A DNA stretch of 64,000 nt from Spirosoma fluviale (GTDB taxonomy: Bacteria > Bacteroidota > Bacteroidia > Cytophagales > Spirosomataceae), in contig CAMDJW010000003.1 of assembly GCA_945901025.1 (NCBI GenBank), forward strand, positions 107,337-171,336, given 5' to 3'. Below are positions 38,765 to 49,513 of this stretch, piece by piece. A program made the translations under genes and the position numbers. The notes below the pieces were generated by a model, which was given only the letters and a program-made list of their open reading frames with translations, was not told the origin of the DNA and made no database searches. The stretch's first letter is position 1. Each line of letters begins with the position of its first letter.

Positions 38765-39847
38765 TTAGTAAAGCTGAACCATAACTCCCTTTTTGATAGA
38801 TTCATCGCAGGCAAAAGCTATGCGAAGGCTGTTTACGGCGTCATCTAAATGATCCTTTAAATCTACGTTTTCTTGAATAGCTTGTAAGAAATAGAGTTGC
38901 TCGCGATCACATAATTCTTGATGATTTGGCTCGTCGGTTAGGTTCACCCATTCGTCATCCCGGCTGAAATCATTGTTGGCATCTAAGTCGGCCCAATGAA
39001 CGCGAAGGGATTCTGTTTTTGTGTGAGCTTCGATGGAGGAAGATTTGCCTTCGCCACCGGCTTCTTTAGCCACGATGGAAACGGAACCTTTGGGTCCAAA
39101 GACATCTTTGACAAAATAAGCAGTTTGGGAAATCATGGGACCCCAACCCGCTTCGTACCAACCTACTGATCCATCTTCAAAATAAATTTGAAGTTGGCCA
39201 TAGTTGTAATTTCCTGCCGGAATATCCTCCGTCATTCTGGCGCCGATCGCGGAAACTCGAACGGGTTTCGATCGGGTCATTTGGCACATAACGTCAATAT
39301 AATGAACTCCACAATCGACGATAGGGCTTAAGCTCTTCATTAAATTACGATGCACATCCCACATGTATCCGTGACTTTGCTGGTTTAAATTCATCCGCAT
39401 CACCAAAGGCTTGCCTAGATTTTTTGTGATTTCTATGAATTTAATCCAAGATGGATGGTGACGTAAAATATAACCTACGACTAATTTTTTACCTGATTTC
39501 AACACAGCCTTTGCTACATTTTCTGCTCCAGCTAATGAATCGGCAATTGGTTTTTCTAAAAATACATGGCAACCGGCCTCTAAAGCAGCGACTGAAAAAG
39601 CCTCATGGGTATCAGGGTAGGTAGAAATACACACGGCATCAGGTTTTGTTTCCTTAAGCGCTGCATAATAATCGGAATACAATGCTTGGCCACCTCCTAA
39701 TTCCTGATTTAATTTTTCCTTACTGGCACCGGTGGAAACGAGTCCACATATTTCAAATCCTGGAATGGTATGATAGGCTTTTGCATGTGAAGCGCCCATG
39801 TTACCACATCCTACTACCAATACGCGAATATTTTTTGATTGAGTCAT
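38765..39847 (-). CDS. Gfo/Idh/MocA family oxidoreductase
   Basis: VVGCGNMG, HVFLEKP, DCGVHYID. Confidence 0.92.
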   Translation of the reverse strand: MTQSKNIRVLVVGCGNMGASHAKAYHTIPGFEICGLVSTGASKEKLNQELGGGQALYSDYYAALKETKPDAVCISTYPDTHEAFSVAALEAGCHVFLEKPIADSLAGAENVAKAVLKSGKKLVVGYILRHHPSWIKFIEITKNLGKPLVMRMNLNQQSHGYMWDVHRNLMKSLSPIVDCGVHYIDVMCQMTRSKPVRVSAIGARMTEDIPAGNYNYGQLQIYFEDGSVGWYEAGWGPMISQTAYFVKDVFGPKGSVSIVAKEAGGEGKSSSIEAHTKTESLRVHWADLDANNDFSRDDEWVNLTDEPNHQELCDREQLYFLQAIQENVDLKDHLDDAVNSLRIAFACDESIKKGVMVQLY

Positions 39848-40026
39848 TTTGAATTTTTTATCTCTTGAAATTAAAAAGAATGATTAGAATTAACATCTTT
39901 TTTGAAAATCTATTGTTGAAATTATTAAATAATAATAAAAATAATTTATTGTATCAAAAATATACATTAACTTGTGGTATATGTTGTAAAGTTTAGAATA
40001 TTTTGATGAAGTAAATTGGAGAATAC

Positions 40027-40059
40027 AAAAAAATCCTGGCCTTTGACCAGGATTTTTTT
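40027..40059. terminator. Bidirectional-type terminator downstream of the SDR gene
   Basis: aaaaaaatcctgg-cctttga-ccaggattttttt. Confidence 0.85.
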
Positions 40060-40137
40060 TTGATTAATGGTGCAAAAATCAGCTTGGAATTGGCTCAATT
40101 ATTGATTTTGTTTTGATCTAGCAAAGTTTTTTTAATC

Positions 40138-40854
40138 TTAGTATTCTTGGAAAAGTGGATGAATCATTAATTCATCAATGACCACATGCGCGGGTTGATT
40201 CATGATGTAAAAAATACTATTAGCCATATCTTCACAAGATAACCAATCTTTATGCGACTCTGAACCTTGGGGTTCTGTGTGAAACATCGTGTCAACCAAG
40301 CCTGAATAGACGGTAGATACTTTTATGCCATCTCTTCTGACTTCTTTTCTTAGCGCTTCGGTAAATGCATGTTGGGCATATTTTGATGAACAATACAAGG
40401 CTCCCCCATCAAAAACCCGTTTCGCCACATCAGACGCTACTGAAATAATATGCCCTTTTTTTGCTTCCTTCATACATGGCAAAACTGCTTTTGAGAATAG
40501 AAATGTTCCTTTAACATTGGTGTTAAATATGGTATCCCAAGATTGGCCTGAAAAAGATTCTGTTGGTCCAAAAGTCCCAGTCCCCGCATTATTGATTAAG
40601 AAATCTATTTTTTGAAAGGTATGCGCCGTTTTGTCGATGGTTTGTTGGACAAATGCCTCATCCGAAACATCACCCATAAAATACAAAGGTCGATGTCCTA
40701 TTTCGGTTATTTCGGCTGCCAAATCTTTTAATTCACCTTGGCTTCTGGCGACAATGGATAATTGGAAATTATTTTTGGCTAACAATAGCGCTAGTGCACG
40801 TCCAATTCCCTTGGAGGCTCCTGTGATAATGGCGGTTTTTATTTGGGATTGCAT
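40138..40854 (-). CDS. SDR family oxidoreductase
   Basis: TGASKGIG, NNAG, YCSSK. Confidence 0.92.
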   Translation of the reverse strand: MQSQIKTAIITGASKGIGRALALLLAKNNFQLSIVARSQGELKDLAAEITEIGHRPLYFMGDVSDEAFVQQTIDKTAHTFQKIDFLINNAGTGTFGPTESFSGQSWDTIFNTNVKGTFLFSKAVLPCMKEAKKGHIISVASDVAKRVFDGGALYCSSKYAQHAFTEALRKEVRRDGIKVSTVYSGLVDTMFHTEPQGSESHKDWLSCEDMANSIFYIMNQPAHVVIDELMIHPLFQEY

Positions 40855-41018
40855 TTTCTATTTGGATTAAATATGGTGTATAAATTTATTGTTTTATTAT
40901 TAGATATAATTTCAATAAATGATTTAATTCATAAAATTGATTTAAATATTTAAAATGCATTTAATTGAAATATATTTTTATTAATTTAAATAATTCCAAT
41001 AAAATTAAATTTAAAGCC

Positions 41019-41447
41019 ATGAAAAAAGTCATTGACATATTGGCCAAAAAAGGGTCTAACGTAATTTCAGTTTCTCCTGAAGCAAAAATCATTTCAGCCT
41101 TACAGATTATGCAGGAGAAGAATATAGGTTCTGTAGTGGTGATACAAGAGGGCAAGTATATGGGTATTTTGACGGAGCGCGATTATGCTAGAAAAGTAAT
41201 TTTATTAGACAAAAACTCATCAGAAACCTCAGTAGCAGAAATTATGACGACTGATTTGCCTTTGATCGATCGAACCACCAGCCTTGAATCTTGCATGGTT
41301 ATCATGTCGGAGAAAAACATTCGATATTTACCTGTCGTGGAGGAGGGGGAACTGATGGGAATTATTTCGATCAATGATTTAATTCGATCTACGATTCAAA
41401 ATCATTTAGAAATGATCGAGTATCTCAAGAATTACATTCATACCTAA
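41019..41447 (+). CDS. Stand-alone CBS-pair protein
   Basis: GILTERDYARKVIL, IRYLPVVE.GEL.GIISINDL; likely start MKKVID (41019). Confidence 0.88.
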   Translation: MKKVIDILAKKGSNVISVSPEAKIISALQIMQEKNIGSVVVIQEGKYMGILTERDYARKVILLDKNSSETSVAEIMTTDLPLIDRTTSLESCMVIMSEKNIRYLPVVEEGELMGIISINDLIRSTIQNHLEMIEYLKNYIHT

Positions 41448-42314
41448 ATGAAGACAAACAGTGACCTTAAAAAGATTTGTTTTTTAGTAAATCCACAGAA
41501 AAGTATTATTAAACCTTATTATGAATGGATTTTGGCTGAAGTAGCTGAAAAAAGACCTACATGGTTCATTCATTTATTTCATCAACAATGGCCTGCCGAC
41601 TTACAAAATTTTGACGAAGTTTGGATCATGGGGGGCGATGGTACCTTCAATTATTTTGTGAATAAATATCCCACATGCTCTATTCCCATAGGTTTATTTG
41701 AAGGGGGGACCGGAAATGATTTTCATTGGAAAGTTTTTGGCAAAATTTCAAAAAAAGAACATTTGGACCATATTTTGAATGGTCATACAGCGAGTTACGA
41801 CGCTGGACAGGTTAATGACATGATTTTTTTAAATGGGGTGGGGGTCGGCATTGAAGGGGATGTGTTAAAATCGATGCAGGCCATTCGATTTATAGGTGGA
41901 ACTTTAGGGTATTATTTGGCGGCGATACCCCAACTATTTAAATTTAAATCCTATGAGATTACCTTTGATCGCGGAGGAAAAACAATCGTTAAGAAAGTAT
42001 TTTTGTGCATGATTTTTAATTCCTCCAGAGCAGGTGGTGGATTCCATTTTTTTCCGATGGCCTCCATTCAAGATGGCGTGTTGGATATGATGTTATGCAA
42101 TCCCATAGCTGTCATTAAACGTCTTTTTTATATGCCCTTAATTCAAAAAGGCAAGCATGTGAACTATTCTTTTTTGGAATTCTCCACCATACAATCTACG
42201 AAAATTCAATGCAATCGAGTTTTATGTGCCAGTGTGGATGGAGAAGATTTAACGTCTGATACTTTTGATTTTAAAATTCTTCCTGCTAAATTCAAGTATT
42301 TTGTCCCAAATTAA
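41448..42314 (+). CDS. Diacylglycerol/lipid kinase family protein (YegS/BmrU)
   Basis: VNP, GGDGT, GGTGNDF, DG motifs. Confidence 0.88.
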   Translation: MKTNSDLKKICFLVNPQKSIIKPYYEWILAEVAEKRPTWFIHLFHQQWPADLQNFDEVWIMGGDGTFNYFVNKYPTCSIPIGLFEGGTGNDFHWKVFGKISKKEHLDHILNGHTASYDAGQVNDMIFLNGVGVGIEGDVLKSMQAIRFIGGTLGYYLAAIPQLFKFKSYEITFDRGGKTIVKKVFLCMIFNSSRAGGGFHFFPMASIQDGVLDMMLCNPIAVIKRLFYMPLIQKGKHVNYSFLEFSTIQSTKIQCNRVLCASVDGEDLTSDTFDFKILPAKFKYFVPN

Positions 42315-42334
42315 TCTCAATAAATTCAAAATTC

Positions 42335-43768
42335 ATGCTTCGTAAAAATATATTTTTATTCCTTTTGTCAACCATTTCATTACTAGCTAATGCTCAGGAT
42401 CTCGATAAGAAAAAAGCCATCGCTCGCATCAGTAAATTGGAATCAACTTATGGCCAGATCGCACAAAAAATATGGAGTTTAGCCGAGGTGGGTTATAAGG
42501 AAAAGCAAAGTTCATTGCTGCTTCAGGAAACCTTAAAACAAGCTGGATTTACTATAGAAGCTGGCGTGGCTGATATACCAACGGCCTTTGTGGCGACTTT
42601 TGGCCAGGGAAAACCAGTCATTGGGATCATGGCAGAATATGACGCTTTGCCAGGTTTATCACAGGATAGTATCCCTGTTAAACGTTCATTAGGGGGTAAT
42701 TCTGGGCATGCTTGTGGCCATCATTTGTTTGGAACAGGTTCTGTGGCAGCGGCCATTGCGGTCAAAGATTGGATGAAAGAAACGGGTCAAAAAGGTACTA
42801 TTAAATTATATGGTTGTCCCGCTGAGGAAGGGGGTGCGGGGAAAGTTTACATGGTCCGAGCAGGTTTATTTACCCAAGCAGATGTCATGTTGCATTGGCA
42901 TCCCAATGATGAAAATACGGTGGCAGCTTCTTCTTCGCTGGCCAATAAAGCAGGAAAATTTCGTTTTTATGGATTGTCGTCTCATGCCGCTGCCTCACCT
43001 GAAAGGGGACGTTCTGCCCTAGACGCTGTGGAGGCCATGGATTACATGGTCAATATGATGCGTGAACATGTGCCGGCGTCCACAAGAATTCATTATGTCA
43101 TCACGAATGGCGGAAAGGCTCCTAATATTGTTCCTGATTTTGCAGAGGTATATTATTACATTCGCTCACCAAATCGAAACATTGTTTTTGACGTTTGGGA
43201 TCGCGTAGAAAAAGCAGCTGAAGGTGCTGCGCTAGGGACCGGAACTAAATTTGAAGTCGAACTGATCAGTGGTGTATATGAGATTTTACCCAATGAGTAT
43301 TTGGCGGGAGTCATGGCGGCTAATTTAAAGACGGTTGGCGGATATGTGCTTTCTCCGACAGAAACTGCTTTCGCGAAGCAACTCCAACAAACCCCCGGGA
43401 TGGAGGCTATGGATTTAAATACAACGAATCAAGTATTTTTAAATCGGCCTGATCCGAGTTCGGGTGGGTCCACGGACGTGGGGGATGTGTCATGGATGGT
43501 GCCAACCATCGGTTTAGGAACCGCCACTTGGGTTCCGGGAACATCGGCACATAGTTGGCAAGCAGTTGCTTCCGGCGGAACCAGCATAGGCCGAAAAGGA
43601 ATGATGGTCGCAGCAAAAACGATTGCCTTATCGGCCATTGACCTATTCAAAAATCCCAAAATGATTCAAGAGGCAACCGAAGAATGGAACAAAAGACGCG
43701 GTACAGATTTTCAATATAAGTCCTTATTAGGAAACCGGAAGCCACCTTTAAATTATCGGGATAATTAA
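42335..43768 (+). CDS. M20 amidohydrolase (AbgB-like), secreted
   Basis: AEYDALPG, HACGHHLFG, PAEEGGAGK, GGSTDVGDVSW; signal peptide. Confidence 0.9.
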   Translation: MLRKNIFLFLLSTISLLANAQDLDKKKAIARISKLESTYGQIAQKIWSLAEVGYKEKQSSLLLQETLKQAGFTIEAGVADIPTAFVATFGQGKPVIGIMAEYDALPGLSQDSIPVKRSLGGNSGHACGHHLFGTGSVAAAIAVKDWMKETGQKGTIKLYGCPAEEGGAGKVYMVRAGLFTQADVMLHWHPNDENTVAASSSLANKAGKFRFYGLSSHAAASPERGRSALDAVEAMDYMVNMMREHVPASTRIHYVITNGGKAPNIVPDFAEVYYYIRSPNRNIVFDVWDRVEKAAEGAALGTGTKFEVELISGVYEILPNEYLAGVMAANLKTVGGYVLSPTETAFAKQLQQTPGMEAMDLNTTNQVFLNRPDPSSGGSTDVGDVSWMVPTIGLGTATWVPGTSAHSWQAVASGGTSIGRKGMMVAAKTIALSAIDLFKNPKMIQEATEEWNKRRGTDFQYKSLLGNRKPPLNYRDN

Positions 43769-44033
43769 AATAGGTGATTATATTTTTGATTTTAGGTCCG
43801 AAATATTAAAAATATATTTCAGCGTTTGCATAAAATGCTATTGAAAAGAGTAAGAAATTTTTATCAAAATTAAATTTAGATTAAATTGTAATCCTCTATC
43901 GTTTAATTACATATATTCACTACCGTCACGATTATTTTGTAACGTTATTTTTATTATATTCACAAGTTAGTTTCCTTAGGAATCCAAATTTTATGAGTGT
44001 TTATAATCTATTTGTTCTATAAATACCTATCCG

Positions 44034-47000
44034 ATGAAATCTGTCATTGCGTTACTGTTATTTCTACCATTTTTTGCTGTTTCTCAAAATACTGATTCAA
44101 AAGATTTTGAGCAAGGCAATTTTTTCATTTCGCATTACAAAAGAGATTTTCTGAGGTCCGCGTTTGGTAATTATGTAGTACTTCAAGATAAGGAAGGGGT
44201 CATTTATGTCGGCAACGTTAGAAACGGTTTAATCGAATTTGACGGACAAAGGGTTAGACGGGTATTACAGAATGGAAAGCCGATGAGTGCTTTTGTTCGT
44301 GATGCGGAAACAGATTCAAAAAATACGATTTACGTAGGCTTTGCGGGAGTTAATTTTGGCTATTTGGAAAAAAATAAATTTGGTCAAAATGAGTATATAT
44401 CACTTTCCGATAAACTACCCAAAAAGGATGAGGTTACTTCTACCTTTTGGGGTTTAAAGGTCCATCAAGATACTTTATTTTTTCAAACAGAGAATGCGGT
44501 TTATTTATTTAAGGATAAAAAGTACTTGCGTTCATATAAGTTTAAGGATGATATTCATATTATGCTAGGTTCGCCGGATGGGGTTTATTTAAGGATATGG
44601 GGCAAGGGATTATTTAAGTATTCTGCTAAAAATGGATTTTCGGTCATCAAAGGTTCAGAAAAATTATTTGCTCAAAATCGGATTGAAGCAAATTACCAAT
44701 TGGACAACGGGGATCACCTGTTGGTTTCTCGAAACATCGGATTAATCAGGATGACGAAGAAAGGCGAATTCCTGCCTGTGAATAATCCGTATGCCAACAA
44801 ATTCGTCATTGAGGGTTTGGGTTATATTAATGATAAAGTCATGCGCAATGGCAAGATTGCCATTATTACGATGAATAAGGGCATATTATTTCTAAATCAA
44901 GATTTAAGCACAAACGCGGAGGTTGGCATAAGTTCTGGTTTAGCTGAACCTGGCTTAAGATTTGTCATGCAAGACCGTGTAGGAGATATTTGGGGAGCAA
45001 ATTCAGGAGCCACTAAAATCTCTTTTGATCCTTCTTTGACTAATTTTTCTTCCTTAAATGGAATTGTAGGTACAGTATCTGATATCATTAGGCACAAGGG
45101 AAAATTAATCATTCGAACAGGAAAAGATTTATTCCAATTTATCCCTAAAAAGTCAATTACTGAAACTTCGGTATTTAAGTCTTTGGATGTTAAAGAGTTA
45201 GGGGGTTCTTTGACTTTATTTAATGATCAAATTGTATGTACCAATAATTATTCGATTAACGCCGTTTTAAATGGGAAGAAGATTAAAATTTCAGATACCT
45301 ATCGAAGCGGTAATTCCATTCAATCTAAACTAAATCCTTCTTTATTATTTAGTAGTAACTCCGCTTATGGACTTTTGCTACATCAATTTAATGGTAAGGT
45401 CTGGAAGCAAATTAAAATTATTGGTGGGGAGAAATACAATGGAAGTAATATTTCAGAGTTGGAACCAGGGAAAATTGTCCTTTCAACTCGAAAAGGGCTT
45501 GTACAATATACGTATGATCCATCGGGACAAGGTACTTTTAAGCCCCTTCCTCAGGACAAATTATTTGCTCAAACAAAGCAATTGAAAAGAATTGTTTATT
45601 TAAAAGATAACATTTTAGCCACTTGTGATTCGTCCAATAATGTTTTTATTGTGGACACCAAAGCTCAAAAACTTAGATATTCAGGCTTCAGTTTAGATGA
45701 AATGGTTTCGGGTGAACTATGGAATTATACTTATAATAAAGAAGCGGGATATGGTTGGTTAGTCTGTAAAAAAGGATTATTCAAAACTTATTTTGACTTG
45801 AAAAAAGGATTTACATTTAAAAAATACCCTTTTTATAAAGTGGATTTAGATGAGTTGAGTTACAATGTTTTACCAGAAGGAAGTGGTGATGATGAGGTTA
45901 TTTGGTTTGGTTCGCAGGAAAGCAAATTGTATCGCTACGTTCCTGCTTTGGCTTTAAAAGAACCAGCCCAACAATTTAAAGCCTTAATTCGATCGATCTC
46001 TTCCAATGGTGAGCCTGTTCCCATTGTGCCTGAAACACTTCCTTTTTCTCAAAACAACCTGGTGTTTGAAGTAGCCTATCCTTTATATGGAACAGAGAAC
46101 AAGACAACGTTTAGTTATTGGCTCGAAAATCAGGATGATACCTGGAGTGAATATATCAAGGATTTTAAAAAGGAATATACCAATTTAAGTGAAGGTACTT
46201 ATACCTTTCATGTAAGAGCCATGGACGCTAGTGGCCATGTGAGTGAGGAAACTAGCGTCAAATTTAAAATTTCTCCACCTTGGTATCGAACCATTTTTGC
46301 TTACCTAGTTTACCTAGGATTGCTAGTCTATATGTTTATTTTATTTGGAAAATACCAAGCAAAAAAATCAAGAGGTAAGGCAGAGGATGAGCGTAGGATT
46401 GCTGAATTAGAGGCGGCAAAGGATCTGCAAAATAGAATGTTGCCTAAAATCTTGCCTAAGGTGGACGGCTTAGATATAGCTAGTTACTTACAAACATCAT
46501 CAGAAGTAGGTGGTGATTATTACGACTTTCATCCTCAACCAGATGGTAGTTTGGTCGCAGTTTGTGGCGACGCGACCGGACATGGAACGGCAGCGGGTAT
46601 GTTGGTGTCCATCACCAAAGCCGGTTTAATCGGTCTTCCTCTAGATGAACCTAATAAAATGCTGTATGACTTAAACCGACTTGTTAAAAAAGTGGATTTG
46701 GGGATTTTAAGAATGAGTTTAAATATCGTTCATTTCAAAAAGAACAAATTGAAACTTAGTTCCGCGGCTATGCCACCGTGTTATTTATATGTAGCCAAGA
46801 CGAAGAAGATTGAAGAAATACAAATCAGTGGTTTGCCTTTAGGTGGATTGTATGGGGCTACTTTTGATATGGAAGAACGCTCATTTTCAAAAGGAGATAT
46901 TTTTGTTATTGCTTCGGATGGTTTACCAGAAGCGCCTAACTTAAAAGGAGAGCAGTTGGGTTATCAGGCTGTTGAAGATTGTATTTTAGCCAGTGCAGAA

Positions 47001-47108
47001 AAATCTGCCACAGAAATTAAGGATGCTTTGGTGGTATTAGGAAGTGATTGGTTGGCTGGCCAAACAACCCCTGACGATATTACGATTGTAATTATAAAAC
47101 ATGTTTGA
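44034..47108 (+). CDS. Membrane sensor PP2C/SpoIIE phosphatase (beta-propeller + Y_Y_Y + TM + SpoIIE)
   Basis: Signal peptide, YTNLSEGTYTFHVRA, TM after PPWYRT, EVGGDYYDF, GDATGHG, SDGLPEA, PDDITIV. Confidence 0.9.
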   Translation: MKSVIALLLFLPFFAVSQNTDSKDFEQGNFFISHYKRDFLRSAFGNYVVLQDKEGVIYVGNVRNGLIEFDGQRVRRVLQNGKPMSAFVRDAETDSKNTIYVGFAGVNFGYLEKNKFGQNEYISLSDKLPKKDEVTSTFWGLKVHQDTLFFQTENAVYLFKDKKYLRSYKFKDDIHIMLGSPDGVYLRIWGKGLFKYSAKNGFSVIKGSEKLFAQNRIEANYQLDNGDHLLVSRNIGLIRMTKKGEFLPVNNPYANKFVIEGLGYINDKVMRNGKIAIITMNKGILFLNQDLSTNAEVGISSGLAEPGLRFVMQDRVGDIWGANSGATKISFDPSLTNFSSLNGIVGTVSDIIRHKGKLIIRTGKDLFQFIPKKSITETSVFKSLDVKELGGSLTLFNDQIVCTNNYSINAVLNGKKIKISDTYRSGNSIQSKLNPSLLFSSNSAYGLLLHQFNGKVWKQIKIIGGEKYNGSNISELEPGKIVLSTRKGLVQYTYDPSGQGTFKPLPQDKLFAQTKQLKRIVYLKDNILATCDSSNNVFIVDTKAQKLRYSGFSLDEMVSGELWNYTYNKEAGYGWLVCKKGLFKTYFDLKKGFTFKKYPFYKVDLDELSYNVLPEGSGDDEVIWFGSQESKLYRYVPALALKEPAQQFKALIRSISSNGEPVPIVPETLPFSQNNLVFEVAYPLYGTENKTTFSYWLENQDDTWSEYIKDFKKEYTNLSEGTYTFHVRAMDASGHVSEETSVKFKISPPWYRTIFAYLVYLGLLVYMFILFGKYQAKKSRGKAEDERRIAELEAAKDLQNRMLPKILPKVDGLDIASYLQTSSEVGGDYYDFHPQPDGSLVAVCGDATGHGTAAGMLVSITKAGLIGLPLDEPNKMLYDLNRLVKKVDLGILRMSLNIVHFKKNKLKLSSAAMPPCYLYVAKTKKIEEIQISGLPLGGLYGATFDMEERSFSKGDIFVIASDGLPEAPNLKGEQLGYQAVEDCILASAEKSATEIKDALVVLGSDWLAGQTTPDDITIVIIKHV

Positions 47109-47136
47109 TCAATTATAAAACGAACGAACTAAATCT

Positions 47137-49077
47137 ATGAAAAACTTTATTTATTCATTCTTTATTTTGATTTTGGTATGTGTTGGAGGCATGAATGTAT
47201 TAAATGCCCAAAATAATTTGAATGTTAGGGATTCATTGCTTAAAATTGAGAAGACAAGTGATAAGTCTCTAAAAGCAAAAATCTATATAGGTTTAGCCGT
47301 TAATTTAATTAATAGTAAACTAGATTCATCGCTTATTTTTCTTAACAAAGCAGAAATTTTAGCCAAAGATATTAATTCAAGTGAATTGCTTGAACAAATT
47401 AATTTATTATTTGCTAATGGTGAAAATATTTATTCTGGGAATTATACATCAGCCCTTTATCATGCATTTGATGCATTGAAGTATCGGAAAATTAATTTAG
47501 ACAAGGGTAACAAAACAGCTCTTGAAAAAAATAGTGCCTTTTATTTTACAAATCCTTACAATGATCTTTATTACCAAATCGCTTACATATACGCGCACTT
47601 AGGGAATAAAGACAAATGCTTAGAGTATTTGTATAAAATGGATCCTGAGTTATTAAATTTTAACTCTGCCAAAAATGCAGAAGTAACAGTTCCAACCACC
47701 CAAAGATTAGCGCATTTAGTCGATATATTCTTATTAATTAATGATACAGGTAAAGCACAAAAGTATTTAGTTATCGCTCAAAGAAATAATAAGAAACTGC
47801 CCTATATGAAACAATGGGGGTACCCCTATATTTTGGAAGGAAATCTTAATGTGCAGATAGGTTCCTATGAAAAAGCAATCAAAGCCTATCACAATGCTAT
47901 TCCCATTCAGTTGTTTTACAAAAGGCTTAAAGGAGCTTTGGAGGCATATTATGGCATATCAGAGGCTTATTATAAACTCAATATTCCAGACTCTAGTTTG
48001 AAATATGGTAACCTATTTAATGAGCTTTCTAAAAAGTATTCTTACACCTTAGGTGCATTGAGTAATTATAAATTGTTATCCAAAGTCTACAATAGTTTGG
48101 GTCAAGATAGCCAAGCATTTTTGTATTTAAAGAAAGCAAATGATTTACGCGATAGCCTTTACAGTGAAAAGCAGGTTAATCAGGCGCAGAATTTTGCCCT
48201 TGTCGAGCAGGATAAAAATGATGCGTTGGATGAGCAAAAAGAGAAAACAAAGCTATTGATCGGAGGTATTTGTGTTTTATTTGTGTTAGCGATTTTTGTC
48301 CTATTGATGGTTCAATCAAGCGCTCAAAAGCGCAAATTTGCTAAAATAGAAGAGACTCGAAAAACAAAAGAATTAGAAGCGGCGAAAAAAATGCAGATAG
48401 GCTTTTTGCCTAAATTATTGCCAACAAACAATGATTTGGAAATAGCTACTTTTATTCGTTCTTCCACTGAAGTAGGCGGAGATTATTATGATTTTATTGT
48501 CAAGCCAGATAAAACGATTTTATCCATTTGTGGAGATGCAACCGGACATGGTGTGGCCTCAGGGATGATGGTTTCCGTGACAAAGGCTAGTTTAATCAGT
48601 ATTACAGAAACGAACATCAATTTAATCCTGAAAAAATTAAATCAAGTCATTCGTAAGATCGATTTAGGTACTTTGAGAATGAGCTTAAACATCATTGAGG
48701 TGAAAGATGACAAGATACGGATGACGTCTGCGGCTATGCCTCCGATATTTTTATACAAATCGGCTACTAAAAAAGTAGAAGAAATCATGCAAACAAATTT
48801 GCCTTTGGGTGGTCTTGGAAATGAAGATTTTGACCTGATTGAAAGGGATTTTGAGTCAGGAGATGTGGTCATTCAGTTATCAGATGGTTTGCCTGAAGCA
48901 CCGAATCCAGCTGGGGAGATGTATGATTATGATCGAGTAAAAGACCATTTAGAAGCTGTAGGGTCTAAATCTGCGGATGAAATTAAAAATTCTTTTATTT
49001 TAGAGGCGGATAAATGGCTGGATGGTTTGCATAACCCAGATGATATAACGTTTGTAATAATCAAAAAAAATAAATGA
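47137..49077 (+). CDS. Membrane sensor PP2C/SpoIIE phosphatase (TPR-like extracytoplasmic region + TM + SpoIIE)
   Basis: Signal peptide, helical TPR-like repeats, TM LLIGGICVLFVLAIFVLLM, EVGGDYYDF, GDATGHG, SDGLPEA, PDDITFV. Confidence 0.88.
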   Translation: MKNFIYSFFILILVCVGGMNVLNAQNNLNVRDSLLKIEKTSDKSLKAKIYIGLAVNLINSKLDSSLIFLNKAEILAKDINSSELLEQINLLFANGENIYSGNYTSALYHAFDALKYRKINLDKGNKTALEKNSAFYFTNPYNDLYYQIAYIYAHLGNKDKCLEYLYKMDPELLNFNSAKNAEVTVPTTQRLAHLVDIFLLINDTGKAQKYLVIAQRNNKKLPYMKQWGYPYILEGNLNVQIGSYEKAIKAYHNAIPIQLFYKRLKGALEAYYGISEAYYKLNIPDSSLKYGNLFNELSKKYSYTLGALSNYKLLSKVYNSLGQDSQAFLYLKKANDLRDSLYSEKQVNQAQNFALVEQDKNDALDEQKEKTKLLIGGICVLFVLAIFVLLMVQSSAQKRKFAKIEETRKTKELEAAKKMQIGFLPKLLPTNNDLEIATFIRSSTEVGGDYYDFIVKPDKTILSICGDATGHGVASGMMVSVTKASLISITETNINLILKKLNQVIRKIDLGTLRMSLNIIEVKDDKIRMTSAAMPPIFLYKSATKKVEEIMQTNLPLGGLGNEDFDLIERDFESGDVVIQLSDGLPEAPNPAGEMYDYDRVKDHLEAVGSKSADEIKNSFILEADKWLDGLHNPDDITFVIIKKNK

Positions 49078-49096
49078 TATTTAATAAAATGAAAAA

Positions 49097-49513
49097 ATGG
49101 ATAAACCTAAAATTGAATTAAAACTCCCGATTATAGCCAACATGGAGCTGGTGGCTATTAATACGGCTGAGGTGATTGCCAAGCACATGGATTTGAGCGA
49201 AGATAAAGCCGCTGAAATTAGTATGGCGCTTATTGAGGCATGTATAAATGCATTTGAGCACTCTCAAGCTCAAAACAATGTATTCATTCACTTTATTCTG
49301 GAAGATGACTCCTTGGTCATTAAAGTGATTGATCAAGGAATTGGCTTTGACAAATCAAAAGTCCAAATTCCAAAAATTGAAAATAAGTTGGGCACCGATG
49401 AACGTAAACGCGGCTGGGGTTTACAACTCATTAAAGAATTAATGGATTCCGTAGAGTTCGAGTCCACAAAAGAAGGTACAACCGTAACAATGACAAAAAA
49501 GAAAGAATCATGA
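49097..49513 (+). CDS. RsbW/SpoIIAB-like Ser/Thr kinase (HATPase_c_2)
   Basis: MALIEACINAFEH N-box, DQGIGFD G1, RGWGLQLIKELMD G2, GTTVTM. Confidence 0.92.
   Translation: MDKPKIELKLPIIANMELVAINTAEVIAKHMDLSEDKAAEISMALIEACINAFEHSQAQNNVFIHFILEDDSLVIKVIDQGIGFDKSKVQIPKIENKLGTDERKRGWGLQLIKELMDSVEFESTKEGTTVTMTKKKES

Noticed and set aside
40855-41018. AT palindromes (tttaaatatttaaa, atga-N6-tcat) as FNR/CRP-like sites
   Set aside because: The region is almost all A/T, so such palindromes are expected by chance; no full consensus
43769-44033. CRP-like cAMP feedback site upstream of the signalling locus (tgtaat-N13-attaca, taacgtta)
   Set aside because: Spacing and sequence do not fit TGTGA-N6-TCACA; AT-rich background
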